Below, in pieces: positions 30,227-40,958 of a stretch of DNA of 64,000 nucleotides. The stretch is from the NCBI GenBank assembly GCA_050633205.1, contig JBOEGA010000019.1:5711-69710 (forward strand), in the 5' to 3' direction. A model generated the notes under the pieces. It saw nothing but the letters and a program-made list of their open reading frames with translations, had not been told where the DNA came from and made no database searches. Position 1 is the stretch's first letter; each line of letters opens with the position of its first letter. Position numbers and translations under genes: made by a program. The DNA is from Methyloligellaceae bacterium (GTDB taxonomy: Bacteria; Pseudomonadota; Alphaproteobacteria; Rhizobiales; CBDHHC01).

Positions 30227-31945
30227 ATGCATAAGAATGTTGGAATGCAAAATTCATTTTCCTGTACAAAGACCACGCTTGGTACCCTTCTGCGTGCAAG
30301 CGATGAATATACCATCCCCCCTTTTCAACGTTATTATTCATGGGATATTGGAAATTTTGCAGATTTTTGGGCTGATATTTCAAGCACTTTTCTTGAAGAA
30401 AATATGGAGTACCTTCTGGGCTCAGTTGTGTTTAATATTGAGGATACTCCCCAGCTATTTGTCATTGACGGGCAGCAAAGACTGACAACAGCTTCTATTT
30501 TACTTTGCGCCCTAAGAAACCATCTGAAAAATTGTGGAAAGACTGAGCTGGCTAATCAGGTTGAAGAGCAGTTTCTCGTTAATACAAAGGGGCCTGGGCA
30601 TTTTTTCCCGAAACTAAGCCTGAACGGGTATGATCGGGAGTTTTATGAAAATCATATATTTAAAAGCAGTTCTCCTGAAAATGCGAAGCTGATAGCGAAA
30701 AATGCCGGGCTGCCAACGTCCAATAAGTATCTGGCTGCATGTTACAAATATATGCAAAATAAAATTGACGAGGTATGTAAGGAAGACTGGCATATTGATG
30801 ATCTTACGACTGCCATTCTGACCGCTTTTGACCAGAAGCTTATCCTTATACGCATTGATGTAGGTAATGATCAGGATGCCTTCAGATTGTTTGAAACGCT
30901 TAATGAAAGAGGGCGTGACCTATCAAAATTTGATCTTTTAAAAAACCATATGTTTTCTGTTTCCAGAAGCAAGCTGCGGTCGGTTCAGAGTAACTGGGAA
31001 GTCATCAGTCAGAATCTTGGTTATCAACGTACAGTAAAATTTATCCGTCATCACTGGATGTCAACACAAGGTGAGGTCAGAGAAAAAGATCTATTTACTA
31101 AAGTGCAGTCCTTTGTAATTACTCCTGAACTTGCAGAAGACTATACGGCCAAGCTTGTTGAGCCGTCTGAACTCTATGGCGCTTTTTTTGCTCATGACCA
31201 CCATGTATGGGATAAATTCGCAAAAGGCCAGAAGCATCTGTTGCATCATTTGTTGAATGCAACCAAGACCATGCAGGCGGAACAGTTGTTCATAGTATTG
31301 CTTGCCATACTGGAGGTTAATCCGAAAGTCTGTGTTGGGATGCTGAGGATGCTGACCATCCTGACTTTTCGATACAGTACTATTTGTGGTATGCCAGCGG
31401 CGAACCTTACTCCAGTTTACATAAATGCAGCTCATTATATCAGAGCTAATCCTACTGCTACAGTAGAAGAGATGTTTGAAACGCATTTTAAAGCTGTTTA
31501 TCCGAATGATGAAGAGTTTCATGAAGCATTCTGCAAGAAAACAAGTCGGGATAAAGCGCTTGCAAGATATATTCTGAGTGAAATCAATAATTCTCTTGAT
31601 GGGCGCCCTTCAATGGAAACCCAGACAAATACTTCGGTGACAGACCTTGAACACATATTGCCGCACCGTTACGAGGAATACTGGAATATTGATGATGAGG
31701 ATTACCCTGAGGGACCAGGTCAATATATCCATTGTCTGGGAAATATGACTCTGCTTTCAGCAAAACTCAATCAGGGAGTTGGTAATGCTGATTTTAATAC
31801 TAAAAAACAAGCCTATATGCAGGATGTCATAGCCATAACAGAGTGGGTTATTAATGCTGAAAAGTGGGGTGCGGAAGAAATTCTTCACCGCCAGAAGTTG
31901 ATGGCAGATGAGGCTGTTAAGATATGGAATTACCATAACAGCTAA
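30227..31945 (+). CDS. DUF262 + DUF1524 (HNH) protein, GmrSD-like type IV restriction endonuclease
   Basis: IPPFQRYYSW, VIDGQQRLTT, FETLNERG (DUF262); LEHILP...LGNMTLLS..LN...GN (DUF1524 His-Me finger). Confidence 0.88.
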   Translation: MHKNVGMQNSFSCTKTTLGTLLRASDEYTIPPFQRYYSWDIGNFADFWADISSTFLEENMEYLLGSVVFNIEDTPQLFVIDGQQRLTTASILLCALRNHLKNCGKTELANQVEEQFLVNTKGPGHFFPKLSLNGYDREFYENHIFKSSSPENAKLIAKNAGLPTSNKYLAACYKYMQNKIDEVCKEDWHIDDLTTAILTAFDQKLILIRIDVGNDQDAFRLFETLNERGRDLSKFDLLKNHMFSVSRSKLRSVQSNWEVISQNLGYQRTVKFIRHHWMSTQGEVREKDLFTKVQSFVITPELAEDYTAKLVEPSELYGAFFAHDHHVWDKFAKGQKHLLHHLLNATKTMQAEQLFIVLLAILEVNPKVCVGMLRMLTILTFRYSTICGMPAANLTPVYINAAHYIRANPTATVEEMFETHFKAVYPNDEEFHEAFCKKTSRDKALARYILSEINNSLDGRPSMETQTNTSVTDLEHILPHRYEEYWNIDDEDYPEGPGQYIHCLGNMTLLSAKLNQGVGNADFNTKKQAYMQDVIAITEWVINAEKWGAEEILHRQKLMADEAVKIWNYHNS

Positions 31946-32230
31946 AAAATCAGCGTAGAGCAGTTAATGATCCGGACAATATACCCCTTGACCTTTTTCA
32001 GCTAACGACTATCTAAAACTCATATTATGTAGAATTTTGTTGAGCCCTGCTTCAGATCTATATGTATTTTATCCATAATTGGTGAATTGTGTCTTTCATG
32101 TTCTTGCATAGAGAGATCAGAATCATGGATGTTTACGTTCAAGATAACGGCATATTAATTAATGGCCGGGGATAATAGCACCACCAGTATTGCGTATTTG
32201 GTTGGTAGTAGAAACAGAACAGGCTAACTT

Positions 32231-33007
32231 ATGTATCAGGATACGCAAAATACTGACGTACAGCTGGACTCAAGAGGACGCGCAAAGAAACTCAGCCAGC
32301 GCATAATGAATGCTAAATACCTTACGCTTCAGGCCAGACTCTGGAGACGGAATTTCCTGTTTACCATGCATTCTTTGACCTTTGATCGTGAATTTGAAAA
32401 ACTGCTTTTTATTTCCTCAAAAGGGGCAACCAGAAAAGTTCAGCTGCAATTTAATCCATCAGGAGAAATTGAGGAGACGAGCACAGAAGTTGTTCCGGTG
32501 AAGTCTGTTAAGTGGGCAATGGATATTCTTACTGAAGAAGATTATCAGGGCACATTTGTTGATATTCAGGCCGGACGTGGAAACAGATTACTGATTGCTG
32601 CAGGCAGGCCTTTTGAGAAAATTACCGGTGTAGAAACATCAAGTGCATTGCGGGATGGCGCTAGAATGAATATAGCGCAATTTCCACGGTCCTATATGCG
32701 GTGTCGACAGGTAGAGTGTCTGAACGTTGATGCAGCAAATATACCTGTTCCAGAAGGAAGAGTTGCCTACTTTTTCTATAAGCCGCGTCATATGGGTGAT
32801 CTTCAAACTCAAATAAACAGGATAGCTGGCGAATATAAGAAAAACCCCAGAAGGTTTCATATTATTACACTCGGCGCATCTCCCCAGGTTGAAGAAATGA
32901 TTCTTGAATGTGGCATTTTTGAAGCTGCCCCTTATTCTCCTGTAGCGCGTTTAAAGCATCGTCTTCTCAGCCCTCATCGTATCCGTGCATATCGCACTCT
33001 TGTTTAG
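32231..33007 (+). CDS. class I SAM-dependent methyltransferase-like protein (divergent)
   Basis: TFVDIQAGRGNRLLIAA..PFEKITGVE...ARMN...DAA...AYFFYKP fits a Rossmann MTase layout. Confidence 0.65.
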   Translation: MYQDTQNTDVQLDSRGRAKKLSQRIMNAKYLTLQARLWRRNFLFTMHSLTFDREFEKLLFISSKGATRKVQLQFNPSGEIEETSTEVVPVKSVKWAMDILTEEDYQGTFVDIQAGRGNRLLIAAGRPFEKITGVETSSALRDGARMNIAQFPRSYMRCRQVECLNVDAANIPVPEGRVAYFFYKPRHMGDLQTQINRIAGEYKKNPRRFHIITLGASPQVEEMILECGIFEAAPYSPVARLKHRLLSPHRIRAYRTLV

Positions 33008-33030
33008 GCCATAATTTCAAGAGTATAGAT

Positions 33031-33064
33031 CAAACTACCGTGAAAATATAATCATGGTAGTTTG
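33031..33064 (+). terminator. hairpin, probable terminator
   Basis: CAAACTACCGTGA-N8-TCATGGTAGTTTG after the MTase stop. Confidence 0.55.
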
Positions 33065-33161
33065 CAGTTCATATATTAGACAACATTTGCACTATATTAG
33101 CTTCACATGGCTGAAATGCTTTTTCAGAAAAGAACCCTGTTGATACGAAAAAGAAAGCTAC

Positions 33162-33857
33162 ATGAAGTATCTGTTTTTATTGTCATTCTTCTTTTTTACT
33201 CTGAATTTTACCGGAGTTATAAATGTTTATGCAGCTGCTATGGCTGTGAAAGTTGCTCCTGTATATGATTTTCAGGGATTAAAGATAAATGTCGGGAAAT
33301 ATAGTAAGAGCCTAAGAAATAAGAAGCTTCAGGTTATTCTTGAAGTTGCCCGAGCGATGGAGCAGGAAATAAACACCTTGTCTCCTTCTGAAATGTATGT
33401 GCTTTCAATTCGTTTGTATGACCTCGGGGCTAAAGATGATGCTGTACTCTGGTATTATCGCGCTCAATATCGCTCCAAACTTTTTTTTAAAACATTGCTT
33501 TATCCAGGGCAGATGTATGGGGCAGAAAAGAATGCTGCCGGGAAGTTATGGTCGTCATATACATCTTTCACAAAGCAGGTTGGCACCCACATTACAGGAT
33601 ATGCAGGGTGTAATATTGAAAACTGGATTTCTGTTATTCGTCAGGTTGAGCAAAGCTCCCGGACAATTCCGGATATGAAAGCTATATTCAAGAATGTAGA
33701 GTTTAAAGAAAAAGACGAATGGATTAATGCCAATATAGAAGTTTCAGCGGAAATGCAGAAGTTATGGCAGGCCATTTCCAGTCGCAAGAACAAACTGAAG
33801 CAGATGAGGAACGACAGAGATATGGATGCAAAATACTGTAATCAGAGTGCATCCTGA
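33162..33857 (+). CDS. exported hypothetical protein, helical
   Basis: Hydrophobic signal peptide; RLYDLGAKDDAVLWYYRAQYR. Confidence 0.7.
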   Translation: MKYLFLLSFFFFTLNFTGVINVYAAAMAVKVAPVYDFQGLKINVGKYSKSLRNKKLQVILEVARAMEQEINTLSPSEMYVLSIRLYDLGAKDDAVLWYYRAQYRSKLFFKTLLYPGQMYGAEKNAAGKLWSSYTSFTKQVGTHITGYAGCNIENWISVIRQVEQSSRTIPDMKAIFKNVEFKEKDEWINANIEVSAEMQKLWQAISSRKNKLKQMRNDRDMDAKYCNQSAS

Positions 33858-34034
33858 TTCTTATTTGTTCATATTGTATTCAGCTATCAGTATCTATATA
33901 AAGCCCAATATACAGTTCAAACGTCATTAAACAGGAGGGGCGCATGTCAAAAATTTCATATGCAAAAATTAATAACCCGAACCTGTTAAATGATTTTGTG
34001 TCGGCATATGACCGGCAAGAGAGCTGTTATTCCT

Positions 34035-35183
34035 ATGGGCAATTCCCCAAATAACGCGTCTGCTAAAATTCGTATCGTAAAGACAGACGCTTCCTGGATT
34101 GAAAGTAAAGCTGTTCATCAGCTTGAGACTGTTTCCAAATTAAAAGGCATTGATGCTGTTGTTGGTCTGCCGGACCTGCATCCGGGCAAAGGTTTGCCAA
34201 TTGGTGCCGCTTTCATATCCGAAAATTATATTTATCCAACATTAATCGGTAATGATATCGGCTGTGCCATGAGTTTCTGGCAGACGGATGTTAAAACCAA
34301 AAAACTGAAACTCGATCGCTGGTCTAAAAAGCTCAGTAACCTGGAAGTGCCGTGGGAGGGAGACGACGATTACTCCCGTGAAAGCTGGTGTGAAGAGCGT
34401 GGCCTTAAAGAAGGCCTGCATAATATCGCAATTGGCACTATTGGTGGCGGTAATCATTTTGCCGAGTTACAGCAGGTTGAAACTGTTGTCGATCAGGATG
34501 CGTTTGATGGGCTTGGTCTTGATAAAGCTGCCTGCGCATTACTTGTTCATTCCGGTTCAAGGGCGCTTGGTCAGAGTATTTTTCAGCGCATTATCGATAG
34601 CCGTAGTTCAGAGCCTTACAAAGATGGTGAAGATGGTGCAGCAGAATATATGGAAGACCATGATGAGGCATTGAAATGGTCGAAAGCCAATCGTGAACTG
34701 ATTGCATATCGCTTTATGCGCCAGATTGGCGGTGACTGCCGACCCGTTAGTGATGCGCCTCACAACATGATTATGCGTGAGAAATGGTATGGTAAAGATG
34801 TTTGGGTTCACCGCAAAGGTGCAGCATCTTCCAGGCATTATGCAATTATGATCCCCGGTTCCAGAGGAACATTCAGCTATCTTGTTACTCCTGTGGGGGA
34901 GCAGGATGATACTGGCTGGTCATTAGCTCATGGGGCAGGGCGTCGCTGGCAACGTGGCTTTGCAAAGTCAAGAATGTCTCACAAATATCGTGTCAAAGAT
35001 CTGGAGCGAACCGCTTTTGGAGGTCATGTCATCTGTGAAGATCGTGATATAATTTATGATGAAGCGCCTCAGGCCTACAAGGATATTGAGCAGGTTATTG
35101 AGGATTTAAAACAGGCGGGATTGATAAAAATTATCGCAATCTATCGCCCGCTGCTGACCTATAAACAAAGGAGGTCTGTATGA
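34035..35183 (+). CDS. rtcB: RNA ligase RtcB family protein, PrfH-coupled (RtcB2)
   Basis: GLPDLHPGKG, GNDIGC, GTIGGGNHFAE, HSGSR, HN, HRKGA, IPGSRG, SLAHGAGR; MGN start; overlaps prfH. Confidence 0.93.
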   Translation: MGNSPNNASAKIRIVKTDASWIESKAVHQLETVSKLKGIDAVVGLPDLHPGKGLPIGAAFISENYIYPTLIGNDIGCAMSFWQTDVKTKKLKLDRWSKKLSNLEVPWEGDDDYSRESWCEERGLKEGLHNIAIGTIGGGNHFAELQQVETVVDQDAFDGLGLDKAACALLVHSGSRALGQSIFQRIIDSRSSEPYKDGEDGAAEYMEDHDEALKWSKANRELIAYRFMRQIGGDCRPVSDAPHNMIMREKWYGKDVWVHRKGAASSRHYAIMIPGSRGTFSYLVTPVGEQDDTGWSLAHGAGRRWQRGFAKSRMSHKYRVKDLERTAFGGHVICEDRDIIYDEAPQAYKDIEQVIEDLKQAGLIKIIAIYRPLLTYKQRRSV

Positions 35184-35818
35184 GCAATGAACATTGTTGG
35201 CTTCAGGTTACTTCCGGGCGTGGACCTGTTGAATGTCAAAGAGCCGTTCTTAAAGTTGCAGAGAAGATTGTTGAAGAAGCGACTTCTCAGGGTTTTAATG
35301 CCAAAACTATTGAAGTCCTTGAAGGCGAAAAAAGAGGGACGGCATTGTCGGCTTTGATATCCGTTTCCGGCTCAGGCCTTTCTCAGTTTACCAGACAGTG
35401 GAAAGGAAGTGTGCTCTGGATTTGTCAAAGTCCTTATCGGCCAAACCATAAGCGTAAAAACTGGTTTGTTGGTGTTGATGTTATAACACCACTGGAAGAC
35501 AGGGAAATAAATATTAGTCCAAAGGATCTGACTATTGAGGTCTTTCGCTCATCGGGTCCGGGTGGTCAGCACGTCAATACGACGGACAGTGCTGTTCGGA
35601 TCAAACATAAACCAAGCGGAATAATGGTTGTTTCAGAAGCTGAACGTTCTCAGCATATGAATAAGAAACTGGCGATTGTCCGTCTGACTGAAAAACTGGC
35701 GGCTATTCAGGATGAGAGAAAAAAGGGTGTGAAAAAGGATCAGTGGGATCAGCACAATACACTTCAGCGAGGAGATGCATTGAGAGTATTTGAAGGCAGA
35801 TCATTTCGTGAGAAATAA
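35180..35818 (+). CDS. prfH: peptide chain release factor H
   Basis: LQVTSGRGPVEC, WICQSPYRPNHKRKNWFVG, RSSGPGGQHVN. Confidence 0.94.
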   Translation: MSNEHCWLQVTSGRGPVECQRAVLKVAEKIVEEATSQGFNAKTIEVLEGEKRGTALSALISVSGSGLSQFTRQWKGSVLWICQSPYRPNHKRKNWFVGVDVITPLEDREINISPKDLTIEVFRSSGPGGQHVNTTDSAVRIKHKPSGIMVVSEAERSQHMNKKLAIVRLTEKLAAIQDERKKGVKKDQWDQHNTLQRGDALRVFEGRSFREK

Positions 35819-35824
35819 TATGCT

Positions 35825-36460
35825 TTAAGGGATGCCTATCATTTTGTGTGTTTGCAGACTTAACTTCCATTGGGGATGGGATTTGCAATATTCAACGGTT
35901 TTGGAAATATTGTTCAACTGCTCATCCCCATCCATTGGTTGCAGATAGTAATTGGTGAACTTGAGTGTTTCTACTGTTTCAGGGAGCAGGGTGGGTTGAG
36001 GATATACCAGCTTCAGTTCATCTCCTGTTCTCTGTACCAGCTCAGCACCGGCTTTGGGGCTTACGCAGATCCAGTCAATAGATCGAGGTACTTCGTGTGT
36101 GCCATTGGTTTCTATTGCAATTTCAAATCCGACTTTATGCAAAGCGTCTATCAAAGGCCCATCAACTTGTAGCATTGGTTCGCCACCAGTCATCACAATA
36201 AAAGGGTTGCTGTTACATGCTGGCCATTGCTCTCTGCAGGCCTTAGCAACGTCTTCCGGAGAGTAAAACTTCCCGCCACCTGGCCCATCAGTTCCGATAA
36301 AGTCCGTATCGCAGAACTGGCAGATGGCTTTTTCCCTGTCACGTTCCAGTCCTGTCCATAGGTTACATCCGGCAAAACGGCAGAAAACAGCCGGGCGTCC
36401 CGCATGAGAGCCTTCCCCCTGGAGAGTATAGAATATTTCTTTGATGGAATATATTTTCAC
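35825..36460 (-). CDS. queE: 7-carboxy-7-deazaguanine synthase (radical SAM, Cx14Cx2C type)
   Basis: KEIFYTLQGEG, CNLWTGLERDREKAICQFCDT, TGGEP, ETNGT, CVSPK, SLQTHK. Confidence 0.94.
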   Translation of the reverse strand: MKIYSIKEIFYTLQGEGSHAGRPAVFCRFAGCNLWTGLERDREKAICQFCDTDFIGTDGPGGGKFYSPEDVAKACREQWPACNSNPFIVMTGGEPMLQVDGPLIDALHKVGFEIAIETNGTHEVPRSIDWICVSPKAGAELVQRTGDELKLVYPQPTLLPETVETLKFTNYYLQPMDGDEQLNNISKTVEYCKSHPQWKLSLQTHKMIGIP

Positions 36461-36542
36461 GAATTTTCCGGTAACTTGGTTATTGCTGGTCCATATCTAT
36501 AGAGTTTTTATATCTGGTTGAACAGGTTTTCATATCAAAAAT

Positions 36543-36559
36543 ATTACCTTGCATGTAAT
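36543..36559. promoter_or_regulatory. palindromic operator candidate ATTAC-N7-GTAAT
   Basis: Inverted repeat 65 nt upstream of the CMD/XRE pair; likely site for the adjacent HTH regulator (inference). Confidence 0.45.
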
Positions 36560-36624
36560 TGCGGGGAATAAGTTTTCAAACAAATATTGGAGCATAAATA
36601 AACCAAACCCGTGGAGAACAAGAT

Positions 36625-37179
36625 ATGACCACTATGGTAAATACTGTCTCATTTGAGATGTATACCCCCGAAAATGCTCCTGTAAACTCTAAAGCTGCCC
36701 TGGACAGGCTGAAACAGTCCGTAGGGGCTATCCCAAATCTGGCAGCGACAATGGCTGGTTCTGGGGCATTGATTGAGGGCTTTGTAACACTGAGAGAAAT
36801 AGTGAATGAAACAGTAGGCTTTTCTCCAGAGGAGAGAGAGCTGATCTTTCTGGCCAATGCTACAGCAAATGAGTGTAACTATTGTATGGCAATACACTCA
36901 GCATTTGGTCAAAAAGCAGGGTTGTCTTCACAAACACTTGAAGCAGTCAGGTTTGGCACTCCGTTGAGTGATCCACGTAAAAATGCGATTGTAAACTTCA
37001 GTAAAGCAATTGCAGTAAAGCGGGGGAAGGTATCTGCTACTGACCTGAAGACTTTTCTGGATGCTGGGTTTGAAAAATCACATGCACTGGATCTTATTGC
37101 CTGTTTTGCTCAATCTGTAATGGCTAATTACACCAACCATATAGCACATGTGGAATTAGATGAGTTTCTCAAAGGCTGA
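36625..37179 (+). CDS. carboxymuconolactone decarboxylase / AhpD-like protein
   Basis: GAIPNL, ERELI...NECNYCMAIH, NYTNH. Confidence 0.87.
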   Translation: MTTMVNTVSFEMYTPENAPVNSKAALDRLKQSVGAIPNLAATMAGSGALIEGFVTLREIVNETVGFSPEERELIFLANATANECNYCMAIHSAFGQKAGLSSQTLEAVRFGTPLSDPRKNAIVNFSKAIAVKRGKVSATDLKTFLDAGFEKSHALDLIACFAQSVMANYTNHIAHVELDEFLKG

Positions 37180-37948
37180 TTATCAGGATCAAAAGGTAAG
37201 CTCTAACTTTGGTGAACTCCTGCGCTACTGGCGTAAGCAACGCGGGAGAAGCCAACTGGATCTTTCCCTGGATACCGGAGTCTCACAACGGCATATCAGC
37301 TTTATTGAAAGTGGCCGGAGTATACCAAGTCGCGATATGGTGCTTGATCTTACTGATGCGCTTGATGTGCCGTTAAGAGAAAGAAATGCCCTGCTGCATG
37401 CGGCAGGGTTTGCTCCCATCTATGTCGTGGATGAATGGGAGGCAAATGATATGCGGCCTGTAATAAAAGCACTGGAGCAGATGCTGAAGCAGCATGAGCC
37501 TCATCCGGCAGTTGTCATGGACCGGTACTGGAATATTCTCATGACAAACGAAGGAGCACCAGCATTCTTTAACAGGTTTATTGATTTGAGCGCCAGGGAG
37601 GGGCCGAAAAATATCCTTCACCTGATGTTTGATCCATTGGGCATGAAACCTTTCGTAGTGAATTGGGAGGAGGTTGTTTCTGCGCTTTTGCAGCGTGTCC
37701 GTCAGGAAACTGTTGGCCGTGTTATTGATGAGGAAACGAAGCTGCTATTGAAAGACCTGCGTAAATATCCGGAGGTGGATGCCATTGCCCGAAAAAATTA
37801 TACTCCGGGACAATTGCCAATTATCCCGGTTCAGTTTGCAAAGGATGGGGCAACGTTCTCGTATTTCTCAATGGTTACCACAGTCGGTACGCCGCAATGT
37901 ATTACGGCGCAGGAGCTTCGTGTAGAAACCATGTTTCCGGCTGATTAA
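37160..37948 (+). CDS. XRE-family HTH regulator with MmyB-like ligand-binding domain
   Basis: FGELLRYWR...SQLDL...[34 protein letters not shown]...[11 protein letters not shown]. Confidence 0.9.
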   Translation: MSFSKADYQDQKVSSNFGELLRYWRKQRGRSQLDLSLDTGVSQRHISFIESGRSIPSRDMVLDLTDALDVPLRERNALLHAAGFAPIYVVDEWEANDMRPVIKALEQMLKQHEPHPAVVMDRYWNILMTNEGAPAFFNRFIDLSAREGPKNILHLMFDPLGMKPFVVNWEEVVSALLQRVRQETVGRVIDEETKLLLKDLRKYPEVDAIARKNYTPGQLPIIPVQFAKDGATFSYFSMVTTVGTPQCITAQELRVETMFPAD

Positions 37949-38664
37949 ACAGCTTGAGACTTCCATTGCTGATAACCGTTAGATCTCAATTCACATGCCG
38001 GGCAGGTGTTGCAGCCATATCCCCAGTCATGTTTTGTTGTATGGTCACCAAGATAACAGGTGTGGCTGTTTTCAGTGATGATTGAAACAAGATCATCGCC
38101 GCCCAGTTGCTGAGCCATTTTCCATGTTTGTGCTTTATCGACATACATGAGTGGGGTCTCGATTGTGAATTCCAGATCCATTCCCATTGTGATTGCATTG
38201 CCAAGAGTATCAAGCGTATCCTTGCGGCAGTCAGGATAGCCGGAATAATCAGTTTCACACATACCGCCAATGAGAGATGTAATGCGCCTTCTGTAACCTA
38301 AAGCGGCTGCATAGGTGAAAAACAGCAGGTTCCGGCCCGGTACAAAAGTATTTGGTAGCCCGGCGGCTCCCATCTCTATTTCAGCTTCCCGCGTTAAAGA
38401 CGTTTCTGAAATCTGGCCGAGAGTTGGCAGGCACAATATATGGTCTTCACCAATTTTAGGGGCCCAGTCAGGGAATTTATTCTTAATGCCACTGAGAACA
38501 TTCTGTCGGCATTCCAGCTCAATATGATGGCGCTGGCCATAATCAAAGCCAATTGTTTCAACTAGATCATAGCGTTGCAAAGCCCAGGCAAGGCAAACTG
38601 TGGAGTCCTGACCACCTGAGAACAGGACCAGTGCAGACGATGATGCGGGGGTTGTTTCTGTCAT
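37945..38664 (-). CDS. queC: 7-cyano-7-deazaguanine synthase
   Basis: [33 protein letters not shown]...[11 protein letters not shown]. Confidence 0.95.
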   Translation of the reverse strand: MTETTPASSSALVLFSGGQDSTVCLAWALQRYDLVETIGFDYGQRHHIELECRQNVLSGIKNKFPDWAPKIGEDHILCLPTLGQISETSLTREAEIEMGAAGLPNTFVPGRNLLFFTYAAALGYRRRITSLIGGMCETDYSGYPDCRKDTLDTLGNAITMGMDLEFTIETPLMYVDKAQTWKMAQQLGGDDLVSIITENSHTCYLGDHTTKHDWGYGCNTCPACELRSNGYQQWKSQAV

Positions 38665-38753
38665 AATTTCACACTTGTAAGTCGTTCTTGAAAAAGCGCT
38701 GGCACATGCGTAAAAAAAACACACTTTTATCTGCCTGATTACTGAGCTATTAA

Positions 38754-40106
<1,353 letters not shown>

Positions 40107-40326
40107 AATCTGTAATCGTTTAGGTTACAAAGAGCCTTTAGTTCTGCTGGTGGGTGCTGTTATGAATGGAGAGTTATCTTTTGTGACATCACCCACATTT
40201 CCCCAAAGGGGGCGGAATAGAATGGGTATCATTTTATATGGGTTTTTACATGAGTAGAAACACAAATATTCTCGCCACCAGTCTGATGCGAAGCTATACC
40301 CAGTCTCTCGCCCTTTAATGCAAGGG

Positions 40327-40394
40327 CTATACGGAGCGCAGACGCGCTGCTCTAAGTAAAGTAAAGGATTGCAGAACATCTGCGCTCCGTATAG
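40327..40394. repeat. 16-bp perfect inverted repeat element (MITE/REP-like)
   Basis: CTATACGGAGCGCAGA (40327-40342) and TCTGCGCTCCGTATAG (40379-40394). Confidence 0.7.
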
Positions 40395-40527
40395 GTGTTT
40401 TTCGCCTCAGTCGACTTGCAGCGTCAGCCCCCCATACTCAAATGGCAAAGCCTGTGCCTGAAATGGTTCTGCATAAATAGTCCATGCAGGAGGGAAAATA
40501 TCAGCAAATTAGATAGTTCCCCTATAC

Positions 40528-40653
40528 CAAGTCGAGACCGCCTTCAGCAAGTCCAGCCTGTGGTTTTCCAGGGCCGTTATTCCTGGAACCTTCAGAACAC
40601 CGCCTGCCACGGAACCGAGACGGTCTGCAGTTACCACCCTTGCGGTGACAGGC
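40528..40653 (-). ncRNA. putative small structured RNA
   Basis: TATACT -10-like box at 40660-40665 on the minus strand; hairpins GTCACC/GGTGGT and TTCCAGG/CCTGGAA, closing helix AGACCGTCT/AGGCGGTCT; GC-rich island in an AT-rich spacer; boundaries approximate. Confidence 0.6.
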
Positions 40654-40958
40654 GAGATCAGTATATGAGCGGAGTATCGGGTGGGGGATAAGTTTTTTGT
40701 TTTGGGTGGAATGCTTTAATTCTGTAAAGTGCTCTAAAGACTTTGTTCTTTTGCTACACCTCTTTTCTACCCATTGGAGAGAAGTATACTGCAAAGCAGT
40801 GGGTAGGGGGAGCAGCCCATCAGCAAATATTATATTGCATGTAAAACGTTTCTTCATACTACCCTATTAATAGGCCAACCTGAATTTTGAATTACAGCCT
40901 TGTTTTCAGCTCAGTCCCTGCATATATCTGACATGCCCTGTAAAAGGAGAATGACCCT

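Noticed and set aside
35825-36460. Unusual Cx14Cx2C radical-SAM motif in QueE as a novelty
   Set aside because: This is a known QueE subtype
30227-38664. DUF262 protein plus queC/queE as a 7-deazaguanine DNA-modification (dpd) island, or DUF262 as part of an Ssp/Dnd phosphorothioate system
   Set aside because: No dpdA/tgt-like, dnd or sspABCD genes in the window; queC/queE look like ordinary queuosine pathway genes next to eno
40820-40847. dif site as an annotated feature
   Set aside because: Too many mismatches to the XerC/XerD arm consensus; mentioned only as a weak candidate
40125-40857. Listed ORFs 40125-40379, 40395-40691 and 40522-40857
   Set aside because: No SD or recognisable motifs; they overlap structured non-coding elements and are likely spurious
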